From the human T2T-CHM13v2.0 reference genome, Homo sapiens: DNA of 64,000 nucleotides. The position numbers and the translations under genes are program-made. The stretch lies in assembly GCF_009914755.1 (NCBI RefSeq), contig NC_060932.1, one strand, 5' to 3'. Under the pieces are notes generated by a model. The model ran no database searches. It was not told where the DNA came from and saw only the letters and a program-made list of their open reading frames with translations. Positions within the stretch are counted from its first letter, which is position 1, and each line of letters opens with the position of its first letter. Shown piece after piece: positions 1-18,158 of the stretch.

Positions 1-654
1 TGATTGCTAGCACAGCAGTCTGAGATCAAACTGCAAGGCGGCAGCGAGGCTGAGGGACGGGCACCCGCCATTGCCCAGGCTTGCTTAGGTAAACAAAGCA
101 GCCGGGAAGCTCGAACTGGGTGGAGCCCAACACAGCTCAAGGAGGCCTTCCTGCCTTTGTAGGCTCCACCTCTGGGGGCAGGGCACAGACAAACAAAAAG
201 ACAGCAGTAACCTCTGCAGACTTAAATGTCCCTGTCTGACAGCTTTGAAGAGAGCAGTGGTTCTCCCAGCACACAGCTGGAGATCTGAGAACAGGCAGAC
301 TGCCTCCTCAAGTGGGTCCCTGACCCCTGACCCCCGAGCAGCCTAACTGGGAGGCACCCCCCAGTAGGGGCAGACTGACACCTCACACGGCCAGGTACTC
401 CTCTGAGACAAAACTTTCAGAGGAACGATCAGACAGCAGCATTCACGGTTCAAGAAAATCCACTGTTCTGCAGCCACCGCTGCTGGTACCCAGGCAAACA
501 GGGTCTGGAGTGGACCTCTAGCAAACTCCAACAGACCTGCAGCTGAGTGTCCTGCCTGTTAGAAGGAAAACTAACAAACAGAAAGGACATCCACACCAAA
601 AACCCATCTGTACATCACCATCATCAAAGACCAAAAGTAGATAAAACCACAAAG

Positions 655-1671
655 ATGGGGAAAAAACAGAGCAGAAAAACTGGAAACTCTAAAAAGCAGA
701 GCGCCTCTCCTCCTCCAAAGGAACGCAGCTCCTCACCAGCAACGGAACAAAGCTGGACGGAGAATGACTTTGACGAGTTGAGAGAAGAAGGCTTCAGACG
801 ATCAAACTACTCCGAGCTACAGGAGGAAACCCAAACCAAAGGCAAAGAAGTTGAAAACTTTGAAAAAAATTTAGACGAATGTATAACTAGAATAACCAAT
901 ACAGAGAAGTGCTTAAAGGAGCTGACAGAGCTGAAAGCCAAGGCTCGAGAACTACGTGAAGAATGCAGAAGCCTCAGGAGCTGATGCGATCAACTGGAAG
1001 AAAGGGTATCAGCAATGGAAGATGAAATGAATGAAATGAAGTGAGAAGGGAAGTTTAGAGAAAAAAGAATAAAGAGAAACGAACAAAGCCTCCAAGAAAT
1101 ATGGGACTATGTGAAAAGACCAAATCTATGTCTGATTGGTGTACCTGAAAGTGACGGGGAGAATGGAACCAAGTTGGAAAACACTCTGCAGGATATTATT
1201 CAGGAGAACTTCCCCAATCTAGCAAGGCAGGCCAACATTCAAATTCAGGAAATACAGAAAACGCCACAAAGATACTCCTCGAGAAGAGCAACTCCAAGAC
1301 ACATAATTGTCAGATTCACCAAAGTTGAAATGAAGGAAAAAATGTTAAGGGCAGCCAGACAGAAAGGTCGGGTTACCCACAAAGGGAAGGCCATCAGACT
1401 AACAGCGGATCTCTCGGCAGAAACTCTACAAGCCAGAAGAGAGTGGGGGCCAATATTCAACATTCTTAAAGAAAAGAATTTTCAACCCAGAAGTTCATAT
1501 CCAGCCAAACTAAGCTTCATAAGTGAAGGACAAATAAAATCCTTTACAGACTAGCAAATGCTGAGAGATTTTGTCACCACCAGGCCTGCCCTAAAAGAGC
1601 TCCTGAAGGAAGCACTAAACATGGAAAGGAACAACCAGTACTAGCTACTGCATAATCATGCCAAATTGTAA
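655..1671 (+). pseudogene. Disrupted L1 ORF1p
   Basis: ATG at 655 (MGKKQSRKTGNSK); premature stops at 982, 1042, 1552; fragments KRPNL..GVPESDGENG and RATPRHIIVRF. Confidence 0.93.
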
Positions 1672-1707
1672 AGACCATCGAGGCTAGGAAGAAACTGCAT
1701 CAACTAA

Positions 1708-5560
<3,853 letters not shown>

Positions 5561-7209
5561 GAGAACACATGGACACAGGAAGGGGAACATCACACTCTGG
5601 GGACTATCGTGGGGTGGGGGGAGGGGGGAGGGATAGCTTTAGGAGATATACCTAATGCTAAATGACAAGTTAATGGGTGCAGCACACCAGCATGGCACGT
5701 GTATATGTATGTAACTAACCTGCACATTGTGCACATGTACCCTAAAACTTAAAGTATAATAATAATAAAATAAAATAAATAAAAATAAAAAAATTAAAAA
5801 AAGAAAGAAACCTAACGGTGATATATTTATGGAAAAATATTTTATTAAAAATTAAAACAAGGTAAGAACAAAGCATCATGTTTTCAAGTATAGGACAATG
5901 TTGAACCTAAATAATTCCTAATATATTCAATAAAAGAAAAATGGATATGTATAAATGGAGACATAAAAAACACAAATGTCATTTATAGACACATAAAAGT
6001 ATTCTTTAATTATTATAGTGCTGTGATTTTTAAAACAGACAGCTCCAAAATAAGCCTTTTTGAACAATTCTGTTCATCAGACTCCTGGGTAAATGAATTT
6101 CTACTGTACACACTGACAGATACAGGGTTAGAACCTAGATCTCTTGCCCTCCACTCCTATGTTCTTCCTGTTACTTGTCTTGCTTGACTTCCTTGCACAT
6201 GCCAAAAACTACTGTATCTGCTTCCTGCCATTTTTACCCTCTAAAATTGTATAAAGCACTTCCTAGAAGAATATAGAAAAAGAACAGAGAAGTAGAAGGA
6301 GAATCAAGAAAATAAAGGTATGTGACAATTTCTGAGAAGGGAATAGCCAATATTATTGAATAATACAAAGCAGTTAAGCAGAAACTAGTGGGCAGGTAAC
6401 CAGATGTCCCTGATGAGTTTAAGAGGGTGCTTTCAACAAGTATAATGGTGAGGGCAGAGCCTGGTGGGCTGAACTGATGAATGAACGGTAATTTGGGAAT
6501 GGGAAAAGTACAATAGTTTTAAGGGGAAACATGCTAAAATGTTTGCAATCTTACCAAACTATCTAGAAAAAATGATATAGAAAAAATTTAAGGTAAGAAA
6601 TAGGAAATCCAGGGAGTATTAGCTTGAATCAGTTGAAATTTCAGATACTCAACTATTTTGACGTTAAAAGCTGCAATTTTATACGGTTTAAACTAAGGTA
6701 CAAACTTGATTTCAAGAAAGGAGATAAGGTTATCTTCTAAGGACATAGAAGCAAAGAACAGATGCCTAAGAGTGAAGTAGGTAAAGTAATAAGAAATCTA
6801 CGAGAAATGAATGAAAGAATTTTAGAGTCCTGAAGTTGAATAATAAGAATAATATACTTGGCAAAGCTACACTGTTTTTCTAAAAGGATCCTGTTATTTT
6901 TACATTTGCATTTCACTTTTAGAAATTTAGCTTTTTTTCTGTAATAGGATGCCTGAACATGAACCCCGCAACATTTCTTCAAGGCAGGCACTCTCACTTA
7001 ATGTGGTACAAACATAACTGCAGTGATGCTGTTGCCTTTATATTTTGTTTTGTTTTGTTTTGTTTTTGCTGATAAAGGCAGAAGATCAAGGCACTTAGAG
7101 CCTAATATGAAGTTGCTATTAACAATCCCAGGTCTACTGTTATTCCACAACCTAATTTCTCATATTTCCAATCCCATGTCACCAAATGCCTACAGAAAAA
7201 TCACAACAT

Positions 7210-7582
<373 letters not shown>

Positions 7583-8044
7583 CTACGGCTGTGACCTCTA
7601 TTTTTCTAGTCACCTGGGCTAGAAACCTTTAGCATGAGTTACCGAGTCCTATCAGTCTTTCTCTGAACAGGCTCTTCTAGCTTTCTGTTCCCATCTCTTT
7701 CCACTCTAGTCCAGCCTCTAATCACCTCTTGTCTGGATTACAACAGTCTCAGAACTGGTCTTATGGTATCCACTCCATCTCACACATCACTACTAATGTC
7801 AGCATACAAAAATGCCAATCCCCAAACACCACCATCATAACTTTTCACCCTGAAATTCAGACTTATCTATAAGGATACTAGCCTATCTAGCAAAGCAAAT
7901 ATTTCACCACTCCCTAAAACTTCCATGTCATGGAATCTTGACCACTGTGGTCACTTTAAATGCATACACAGAAAAAGAAAAAGAATAGAATAGAGGAGCA
8001 AAGAGAATGGAAACAAAGACAATGATTAGGAGAAAGTCACTGTG

Positions 8045-8399
<355 letters not shown>

Positions 8400-9089
8400 C
8401 TAATGGTAGAGACAGAGGAAAGGGCAGATTTCAGTGATAATTAAGAGGAAAGCTGATTGAGTGGATGCAGGAGGAAGGTTGTAATGAAGAGAAATGAGTC
8501 TATTCTGACTCTTGGCTTTCTGGACTATATGGCTGGATAGAGTTTAATTCAATTAACCAAAATAAAAAATAGTTTGAAATTTGTCTGAAATTAGCAAGGC
8601 TCTCTTGCATGAGATAGAAATAACTACTTAAGAAAATGGAGTGTCAGCAGCTTAAAAAAAGAACTTTTGCCAGATTTGAATTAATAGAGACAGAAAGAGA
8701 AGCAGTATAGACTTTTAAAGCCAAAGCTAGCACTAGGCCTAGCAAAGAGCAGCCACTTGATAAATGTTTACTGAAGTAGCTCAAAGCTGCTAGCAGTTGA
8801 CTCAATGTATGGATAAGTAAGGAGACAAGAATTTTAGATACCTAGAATCACAGTTGGAAAGAAAAAAATAAAGGTTACCTTGGAAGTATACAGAAAATCT
8901 AGGTTTAAGTAGTGTCTAATAATATATTAGAGATGAAAATATTTTTAACACTGAAAACAGAGCAGAGAAAGATGTTTCCATTTTCTTAAATCTTGCTGTC
9001 ACATATTTTGTGTTTTTATAGTTACTAAATTTTTGTATTAAAAGTTAAGCTTTGTTCACACACAGAAATTAAATACGTAAAATGCATAC

Positions 9090-9245
9090 ACAAACTCTGT
9101 ACACCTCCCTCTAAAAGGCAAAGCCCAATTCCCTTTCTCTTGAGTATAGGCTGGGCTTTGTGACTCACTTGGTTATTAACCAACAGAATATGGCAGAAGT
9201 GACAATGTGTGACTAGGTCATAAAAGGCATCACCACTTCCTCCTT

Positions 9246-9281
<36 letters not shown>

Positions 9282-9625
9282 CTTACTATGGGGGAAGTTG
9301 CTATGTTGTGAGGGCACTCATGCAGCCCATCAATGGTGAGATTCATGTGCCAAGGAACTGAGGCCTCCTGCCAATAACCAGCACTAACTTGCCAGACATA
9401 TGAGTGAGCTACCTCAGAAGCAAATCCTCCAGCCCCAGTCAAGCCTTCAGATGATTACAGCCCTGGCTAATATCTTGACTGAACTTCATGTGAGACCTTG
9501 AGCCAGAATCATCTAGCTAAGGCATTCCTGGATTCCTGCCCCACAGCAATTATGTGAGATAATACATGTTTATTGTTTTAAGCCACTAAGTTATGAAGTA
9601 ATTTGTTACACAGACATAGAGAACA
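9090..9625 (+). mobile_element. MaLR solo LTR (MLT1E/F-like)
   Basis: AAGGAACTGAGGCCTCCTGCCAA, CCCAGTCAAGCCTTCAGATGA and the TGTTTTAAGCCACTAAGTT..GTAATTTGTTAC 3' signature; left boundary approximate. Confidence 0.75.
9248..9277. repeat. (TC)n microsatellite inside the MLT1 LTR
   Basis: About 15 TC units directly visible. Confidence 0.95.
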
Positions 9626-10041
9626 GTCACACAAAGCTCATTCTCAATTCTGTGCCATTCCTCATGCCATCTTCCCCAGAGATGTCCTTTCATTATCCAT
9701 CCCAACACTCCCTCTCTATCCTTCGGTATCTAACTGAAGTTTCATGTCTTTGGGAGGCACTTTTTTGTCTATGAAACCATCTCAACTTTCATTTCTCTGG
9801 CTTCTCCTTTGAAGAAGCCAGATGCTTGACCACATCATTCATTTAGTCATTTATTCATACATTCCTCTGTGTTACTGTGCTATACGTTTATATCTTTCCT
9901 CCTAAAGATGAAGATGTCATACAGTTTTTAAAAACTGCATTAAGCACATTATGATTAAGGTACTCAATAAATATTTGCTGATAAAATTAACAAATCTCAC
10001 ACACACTTATAGACACATACCCTGAAAGTGTAATTTCAGTA

Positions 10042-10283
10042 AGTAGCATAAAGTAGTGGTTAACAATATAGAGAAGCTACTTTAGCTCACATCTGCATAC
10101 TTATTAGCTGCTGTCCCTGGGTAAGTTATTTAAAGTATCTCTGTAAGCCTTAGTTTCTTCAGTGTTTTTAAATGAGAATTCTAACAGTATCTTAGAGTAA
10201 TAACAAGGTTAAAGAAAATAATGCATGCAAACCTCTTAACAAAGTACCTAGCATAGAGTATTCAACAAATGTTAGCTATTATT
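10042..10283 (+). mobile_element. MIR
   Basis: GGGTAAGTTATTTAA..TCTCTG..CCTTAGTTTCTTC core and CAACAAATGTTAGCTATTATT tail. Confidence 0.65.
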
Positions 10284-11789
10284 GTTCTTATAATTAATTA
10301 CAAATCACAAAATATGTGCTGAAATTCTGAGTCCCTATGAGTCTCTAGATGTTATCAAGCAGCAATCTAAATTAAGACAAAATTCAAAAGAGAACTCAGA
10401 CCTTCTTTTAAAATAGCTTTTAATTCTTAAAAAATCCACTTGTAGGTCACTAGAACTACAGCCTGAACCAATTGTAGGACTGCAGCCCTGATTCTTTCTC
10501 CTCTCTGTCCTATTAAGATATTACCTTCAAAGCTTTTGTGGGAACACTTAATTGCTTGCATTCCTTAACATGCAGCTACCAAAGTAGTTTCCAGATTCAC
10601 TTTTGACCTTCACAGTCCTGAGAAGGCATATGAGGCAAACTTCCTAGAGATGTAAATTTAGACAATCTCTGGAATGATAGAGCTATACATATGTGAATAT
10701 GCTACATAAAGCAAATCCATTTTGCATGTCAATTAAAACAGAATCCCATTGAACAATCAATCCAATACAACAAATCAATCCAAAAGAATTTTGTTATGGC
10801 ATGTATCCAAACAAGAAAAAACCCCTCCAATGCTATTCAGTCTGAATTACATGAGTTTCATGAACTTGGAACATCTCTAAGATCATACTTTATAATTTGA
10901 TCATATTTGAACATATTTTAAGGTTTCCTATTAAAAAGCTAAATATAACGGATGCTCTTCTATCCTAAAAAAGACTGAAGAGATCTGTTAAAGAAAAACT
11001 AGTAGAATGATTTTAAATCACCAACCTATATAAAAACATGCATGCTTTTTTAATGTGTTCCATGTCCTCTGCAATAAAATGACCCACTTAATTCAAATTC
11101 TTATTTTCTCTTTTCCCCACCAATACACCTTGAAAACTTTAGTTTTTGAAACATCCAACATACATTCCACTCTTTATCTGACCCTACATATCACACAATC
11201 TGAAATAGAAACAAAGATGGGAAAATTAGCTTGTTTATTCCACCTTAGTGTCAAACAAAAGTACAAATAAGATTCAGTGCACGTGCCAGTTACCTTAGAG
11301 CTGCCAATCATGCTTGTTTTGAAACCCTTCAATTTTCAGAGCTGTCAATCCTGTGTTTTATGATAGAGAGCCAGCATAGAGACAATGCTTTAAAAGACAC
11401 AATCCTCATTAACACATTAGTAAACGGACTTTACTTATAAAACTGGACTTGAAGATTTTACAGAAATGTTTACAACTCTCGAAAAATCAAAACTAAAATA
11501 CAACTTAATGAAATGAAAAGATTTGGAGAATTTGGCTCTTTGACCAAAGCAACAGCATAGTTTAACCACAGGGATTTTATACACATATATACAATATTAT
11601 ATTATAAAAAGAGAATGTTCCTGACTAACACTAATCGCAAGTATTATGACCTTGAATGGAAATAAGAGAATAAAAGTGATCTACATCCGGGCATTTTAAT
11701 TTTTGTTTTTAAAGCAGGCAATAATATCAATAACACACTCCCCTTCTCTACCTCCCCAACACAACCCAACTCACTACCCAGTCCATTCA

Positions 11790-12550
11790 TGTCCAAAATG
11801 AAACATTATTCAAAATTTTTCTCTCTCACCAACCACAACTATTCAGTCACCAAGACCTGTCTCTTCCACCTCCTAAACTGCTAAATGTGTCTCCTTTCTC
11901 CACCCTCAGATTTAATTCATATTCTCATCATTTTTTTCAGCAGCTTCCTTACTAACTGCCCTCTCACATCCTTCTTCCGAAATATGCTCCACACCTCTGC
12001 CAGAATGATCTCACTGAAACACAAAGTTGACCCACGTTCCTTGTTACAATATTTTAATGATTCTTTGCTACTTTGAAAATAAAATCCCAATTTTTTAGGA
12101 CAATATGTAAATTCCTTGAAAATCTGGCTCCTGGTCATCTCCCCACTCTCCCATCACTCCTCCTAAACTTAAGCCAACTAAACCACTTGAATTCCCAGAA
12201 GAGGCAGCCTCTCTCTCATTTAAAACTTGTTCAAGTGCTGCTCCTTCACCCAGAAACACTCTCACTTTCGGCACTTAGTATCTCCTACCCATCCTTTGCA
12301 ACCCAGTTCTATTGTTAGTTCCTCTGGGAAGCCTCTGACACAAGCAGATTGAACCATCGATTCCTTCTCCATGCCTGTAGAATACAATGAACAGAACTTA
12401 TATGATGTTATATTTATTGGTTTACTTCTCTATCCCCCTGACCAGATCAACTCCCTGGAAGCAGGGATTGTCATTAGTCTGTATGTCACTAGCCTTAAAT
12501 ACACAGGTAGCACATAATAGATGCTCATTAAAAGTTTGGTGACTCAATGA
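11790..12550 (+). mobile_element. Degenerate L2 3' fragment(s)
   Basis: Pyrimidine-rich L2-like motifs (CAGCTTCCTTACT, GCCAGAATGATC, CTCCCTGGAAGCAGGGA); boundaries rough. Confidence 0.5.
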
Positions 12551-13687
12551 AAAATCTTATCATGCCCAGTTCATTTAAAAATAAAATTCATAAAATAAGC
12601 AGCTTATTTCTTGAGATTGATAAAATGTTTTACCAGTGCATTACAAGGCATCCAAACTAATCAATGCTATAAAGCAATTCTTTGGGCTTAACAAGAGTTT
12701 TAAGAAATTTACTCATTTATTTGCAAATTCACTATAAGAATTGGTACCATCTCAAGCAGGATTTCGGATTGAATAATTCCACCTTATTTTTGCTACTGCC
12801 CCTACTGGAGGTGTTAAAGTCTCAACCATGATAAATGCTCATGTCCAAAACACTCGGCACCTTGATTGGTTCAACAAACACTGTTCTGATATGTGACAAT
12901 CCCTATCAAGGGCATCAGTGAACAGGGAGTCGACATAGGCAAAACTCCAACCCAGTTACACTTCACTTATCAGGAAGTTAGTTATCTGGTGACATCAAGT
13001 AGCTACACAGCCCAGTGAGACCTAAACAGAAGGAGTTTAGGAGCTGTCAGAATACATGTTGAAGTCCATACACTAAAGTACCCACACTTTACTCACAGAA
13101 GAGGCTGCTAGGTCCTTACTCAAACCCTAGTTGTTCTTATTTTAAGCACAACAAATTTGATGACTGATCTCCCAAGTATAGGCATACTGGAAGAGGAAAA
13201 TTAGGAGGTCTGAGAAAGCTATAAAAAGCAGACAAGGGCATAACAGCAGTAAAGGAGAGATAACACAAAACTGCAGAACTGGAGGGTTATATGGTTATGC
13301 AGCAATAATTCTGTATATTTTTATTATGATACAATATAGAAATTAATGTTTATAATTATGACCCTGGGTCATCAAAAGCAAAAACAAAAAAAGGTTCAAC
13401 TATTTTAGGTCTAACAAGGTTCAAAGAAAGTATATAATACATTTTATTAAAAGAACCAATAAACAATTAAAAATTAAGTATATTAGGTATAAATAGCCAA
13501 TTTTCTATTATTTACACAATAAACTTTTTTGAAATACATCATTCCCAAATAACATGAGGCATACTGATATTAACCAGGTCCTGTGACTAGAGGTCTTACC
13601 ACAATTATGATACAGATCCATTACAAAACAAAGCCTAGACCTGATAGTTATTAGCTTATTGGGGGTTACACTATTCCAACTTACCAT

Positions 13688-13999
13688 ACTATTTCCTAGT
13701 CTGTTCGATCTGAATAACAAAACACCATAAATGAGGGTATCTTATAAACAGCAGAAACTTCTTTCTCATAGTTCTAGAGGCTGGAAGTCCAGGATCAAGG
13801 CACAAGCATATTTAGTGTCATGAAGACCTGGTTCTGGTTCATAGATTAACTAACTAGCCAGTTCACTAATCCCACTCACGAGGGCAGAATCCTCATGACC
13901 TAAGTACCTCCCAAAAGCCCAGCCTCCTAACTACATCACACTGGTGATTATGTTCCAACAAATGAATTCTGCAGGGACACAAACATTCAGACCACAGCA
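13688..13999 (-). mobile_element. MaLR solo LTR (MLT1A/MST-like)
   Basis: TCATAGTTCTAGAGGCTGGAAGTCC..ATCAAGGCA and GGGACACAAACATTCAGACCACAGCA. Confidence 0.75.
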
Positions 14000-14169
14000 A
14001 CAATGGACACCATAACCAAAGATATAACAGACTACCTATGATTTTTTAACAGACCTCCACAGAGCTTCACTGCCACACTGCCTTCAGGGTCCCTGGAATG
14101 AAACTGCTTCATATGTAAGACTGTTTTAGGAAGTCTTTATGATGCTTGAGTTACTATATATTGTATGAT

Positions 14170-14375
14170 TTAGAGTGAAGCACAGCGGGGTGAAAAGAAA
14201 ATTTGGATATACACAGCCCTAGATTTGAATCCCTGCTTTGTTAATCCCTAGTTGCATGACTGCAGCACATTATTTATGCTCAGAGACTCATTTTCTTCAT
14301 TTGGGAAATGCGGATAATACCTACTATCTATGTTTGTTGTGAAGAATATATAAGACAATATACATAAAATACCAG
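14170..14375 (+). mobile_element. MIR
   Basis: TTTGAATCCCTGCT..TCATTTTCTTCATTTGGGAAATGCGGATAATACCTAC core. Confidence 0.6.
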
Positions 14376-15090
14376 TGTAGGTTTTTAAAAAGCTGTTAAG
14401 ATTATCAGAAGGAAATCAGATGGAATATAGAAAGGAAACAATCAAGTCTGTGAAATTGTTTGCTGCATTAATATGACAGAAAAAAATGTCTAAAAACAGG
14501 TTCCCATGATGGGAAAAGTGCTCTGTATTTTTAAATTACCATACAAGCCCTCTGACTCACAGAAAGGTTCATGGTAAATTAGGTTAAAGACTCATAAAAA
14601 AAGTATACATGTACACAGCAAAAATATTAACTTAAAGCAGATTAATGCAAATATTCTAATATGGGGCCAAGGCGTTCTCTCTCAGTAGGGGGTCCACTCA
14701 CTGAAGCTCTGCTCTTCCTCACATAACAATACCCACACTGCAAGGTCTGTGACTGCCAGGGCCAGTCATGTGAAAGTAGAACAAGAACAGAAAGACAATT
14801 GGAAAGCAATACCTTTCACGTTTTTATAATTTTTGTTTCAATCTACAGTTTTCTTGCACAATCTAATTCAATAGCAATTTCTTAAAAACAAAAAACTCTC
14901 TCCTTTCTGATTCAAGCAGCAGAGATGGGGGAAAAAAAAAAAACCAAAGTTTTCTGTTATGGAGTCTTTCTAAAACATTAAAGTTAGCATTCATAAGAAC
15001 AAAAACCCTTTCTGTATTCAAATTTTATTAATTTGTACAATATTCAAGTAAATTTCTTAATATAAACACATTCTGAAATGAGTACAACTA

Positions 15091-15479
<389 letters not shown>

Positions 15480-17269
15480 CTACTAATTTCTAATGTTCCA
15501 TGTGGTGTTGGTATCTGTCAGTGGGCTTTACAAAAGAAAAAGATGATGTCAATTGATTTGACAAATCAGTTATTAAATGATAACTTCCAAAGAAGTTAAT
15601 GCCATTCTGAGTCATTCTGATTTGTCATATGTGATTTCTGACTTCAAGTCATAAGCTGATTTAAAAGAAAAATATAATAATTATAACTTTTGAGGCTGGT
15701 ACTATAAGGTCCCATGCATGTCTCAAAATCTCTAAATATACGTATGTCTATTTTGCAACTCACTCTAAGTAGATCAAATTACTATTGTTCATGCTTAAGT
15801 ACTATAGCTTAGATTCTGAATGCTACTATTAAGGTCATGTCTTTCTAAAATTAGTTTCTTCCTTTCCAAGTGTTTTTCAAACTTTTCTTATTTACAGTAG
15901 AAATACTCACCACACACATTAAACAAAATTGTCCCAGAGCTATAATACATAAAACAGATAAATGCAGGGCTGCTCTGAAAGTAGGGCCCAACTGCCCCTT
16001 TATCCCCAATAAGCAATATCTTATGCTTTTCTGCAAAACTCTAGGGCGTTTTGGTACAAAGACTAAAAACTGCTCCTTTAAACTATAATCAAAAATGAAC
16101 ATTAAAACAAAAGTTATAGAACTTAAAAGGCTATTATTTAGCTAATTAGAATATTCATTAATCAAAATATTTTCTGATCCCTATTAGTTGTTATAAGTCT
16201 GAAATGCCAAACTTACTTATTAAAAGAAACAATAAAAAATTAAAACATTTGGCTAAACTGGATATTTCAATTAGTTATTTTTCATTGTATTTAATTAATC
16301 TTTAAACTGTCCTAAAGTAGCATTATTCAACTACACAAAAGTCTGTATGAAGAGAAGAAAATAGTTCTCTAAAAGGATCAAAAAAAAGGGCAGGCTGATG
16401 AATGATGAACAGATTATGTAAATATTTCTCTTATTTATAACAATTTAAAATGTACCAAAGCAGGAAGCTCTGCTATTATGGAGATTCAGCCTCCTAGAAG
16501 CTGCTCAGTCAGAGGCCTGACAGTATAACTGCAGAGAACACGTGTCCAGCCCAATAAGCTGTTCTACCTCGTCATATAATCTAAACGTACAGGTACAAAA
16601 AGGGGAAGACCACAAACAACTGAGCTGGATCTCATTACTTCCTTGTTCAGTGATAAAGACAACAGGCAAACATTTGAATTAAGTAGGTTCTTACCCACAA
16701 ATTTTGTTTTAGATATAAGTAGGAGTAATCAGTAACCAAAATAGTAATTACGCTGACCTGACAATTCTCAATAATATTTTCAAAGCATAAGTGACAGATC
16801 CCTATAAGAAACCTAGAGAAGGGTTTTGGAAAGAACCTAGGCATTTCTACGTGTACAAATGAAGATCTAATAATCATTCTGTGAAGAGTATAAACCTTCA
16901 TTTCATGACAGATTAAAAACTGGAGAACATGAAATTTGCTATGTTAAAAAGTTTCTCTCCAAAAAACAATGTATGTCGATAAAGAGCTGGAGTTGTTATC
17001 TACATAGCCGTAAGGGTATGTACATAGGATATGCAGGTAGAGAAAATAAGTAATCAAACTACTGATGTTAAACCTTGGCTGAAGATTGGGCACAGTTAGA
17101 AATAACATTATCAGTCTGTAGGACCAAAGAGGAAGCTGAAGAGAGAGAGCTTCAGAGATAGCTGAAGCCTTGACTCTTATCTTTTTTTTTTAAAGTCACT
17201 TTGATGACATTTCAGACTTACAGAACTAGAACTAGAAGTCAAAGGCCTTTTTTGACTACTGTTATTTTC

Positions 17270-17510
17270 CACTCACCAGGCACTCTGTCACCATATTATC
17301 CATTTTTACTTATGTAATTACCAATATTTTAAATTGATTCATGTACTTGTTTACTATCTATGCCTCCTTCCCCCATTTGCATATGCACTTCAAGAGAGCA
17401 GAGAACTAGTCTGTCTGGTTTACCAGTCTTTACAACAGTACCTGGCAAATTGAAGAGGTCTAGTAAGTATTTGTTGAATGAATGAGTGAATGAATGAATG
17501 AATGAACAAA
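17270..17510 (+). mobile_element. L2 3' end
   Basis: ACAGTACCTGGC..AAGTATTTGTTGAATGAATGAGTGAATGAATG tail. Confidence 0.65.
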
Positions 17511-18060
17511 TCAACTCCTGTAGCACTTTGGCTCCTCCCTCTTGATGATCCTCATTCATGAATGTATTTATTTTGTGACTCCTTTGAAGTTTAAATGGGT
17601 ATTTCTGGTAAGAGTAACTGGATATTAAGCAGGTGGTTTCATGGAAGCAGGAATAGAGAAATTACTACAGATAACTACAGAACAAAGAGATGTAGGCATA
17701 TAACTCTCCTAAGTACCTTTAAAAAGACTCTAATATAGTGACTGCTCCAAAGACTAGAGAATTTACTTGCAAAATTACTAAGAGCCACCCCGTCTCCCCT
17801 CAAAAAGCTTTTATGACTGCTTCACTGGGGGGAGAACAGACAGAGATGGAGGTTTCAAGAAAACAATTTATATAATAGAATGTGTGCATATGTGGTATAT
17901 ATTTAGTTTTAAATAAAAAATTAAGATTTAATAAATGTTGTAATAGATGCCAGTATTTAACCATTTAAAGCTATACTACACATAAAACAAATTCAAATCA
18001 GACTATACTACTCATTAGAAAACTAATCGCAAATCTGATACTTAAAAATCTGTGACTTAA

Positions 18061-18158
18061 AGCCAAGCATGGTGGTACATGTCTGTAAGTCCCTGCTACT
18101 CAGGAGGCTGAGGTGGGAGGATTGCTTGAGCCCAGGAGTTCAAGTCCAGCTGGGGCAA
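18061..18158 (+). mobile_element. Alu monomer (FLAM/FRAM-like)
   Basis: CTACTCAGGAGGCTGAGGTGGGAGGATTGCTTGAGCCCAGGAGTTCAAG. Confidence 0.8.

Noticed and set aside
343-531. Antisense 62-aa ORF present in both L1 5' UTRs (also 21535-21723)
   Set aside because: Non-ATG start; similarity simply reflects shared L1 sequence; it is not ORF0.
982-1044. Same ORF1 TGA stops in both L1s (also at ~22174 and ~22233) as conversion evidence
   Set aside because: These are CGA>TGA CpG hotspots that can recur independently, and they lie in regions where the copies otherwise differ.
14696-14790. Possible small cryptic exon on the minus strand (TCA|GTGAGT donor, pyrimidine tract upstream)
   Set aside because: Acceptor position is ambiguous and such motifs arise by chance in long introns.
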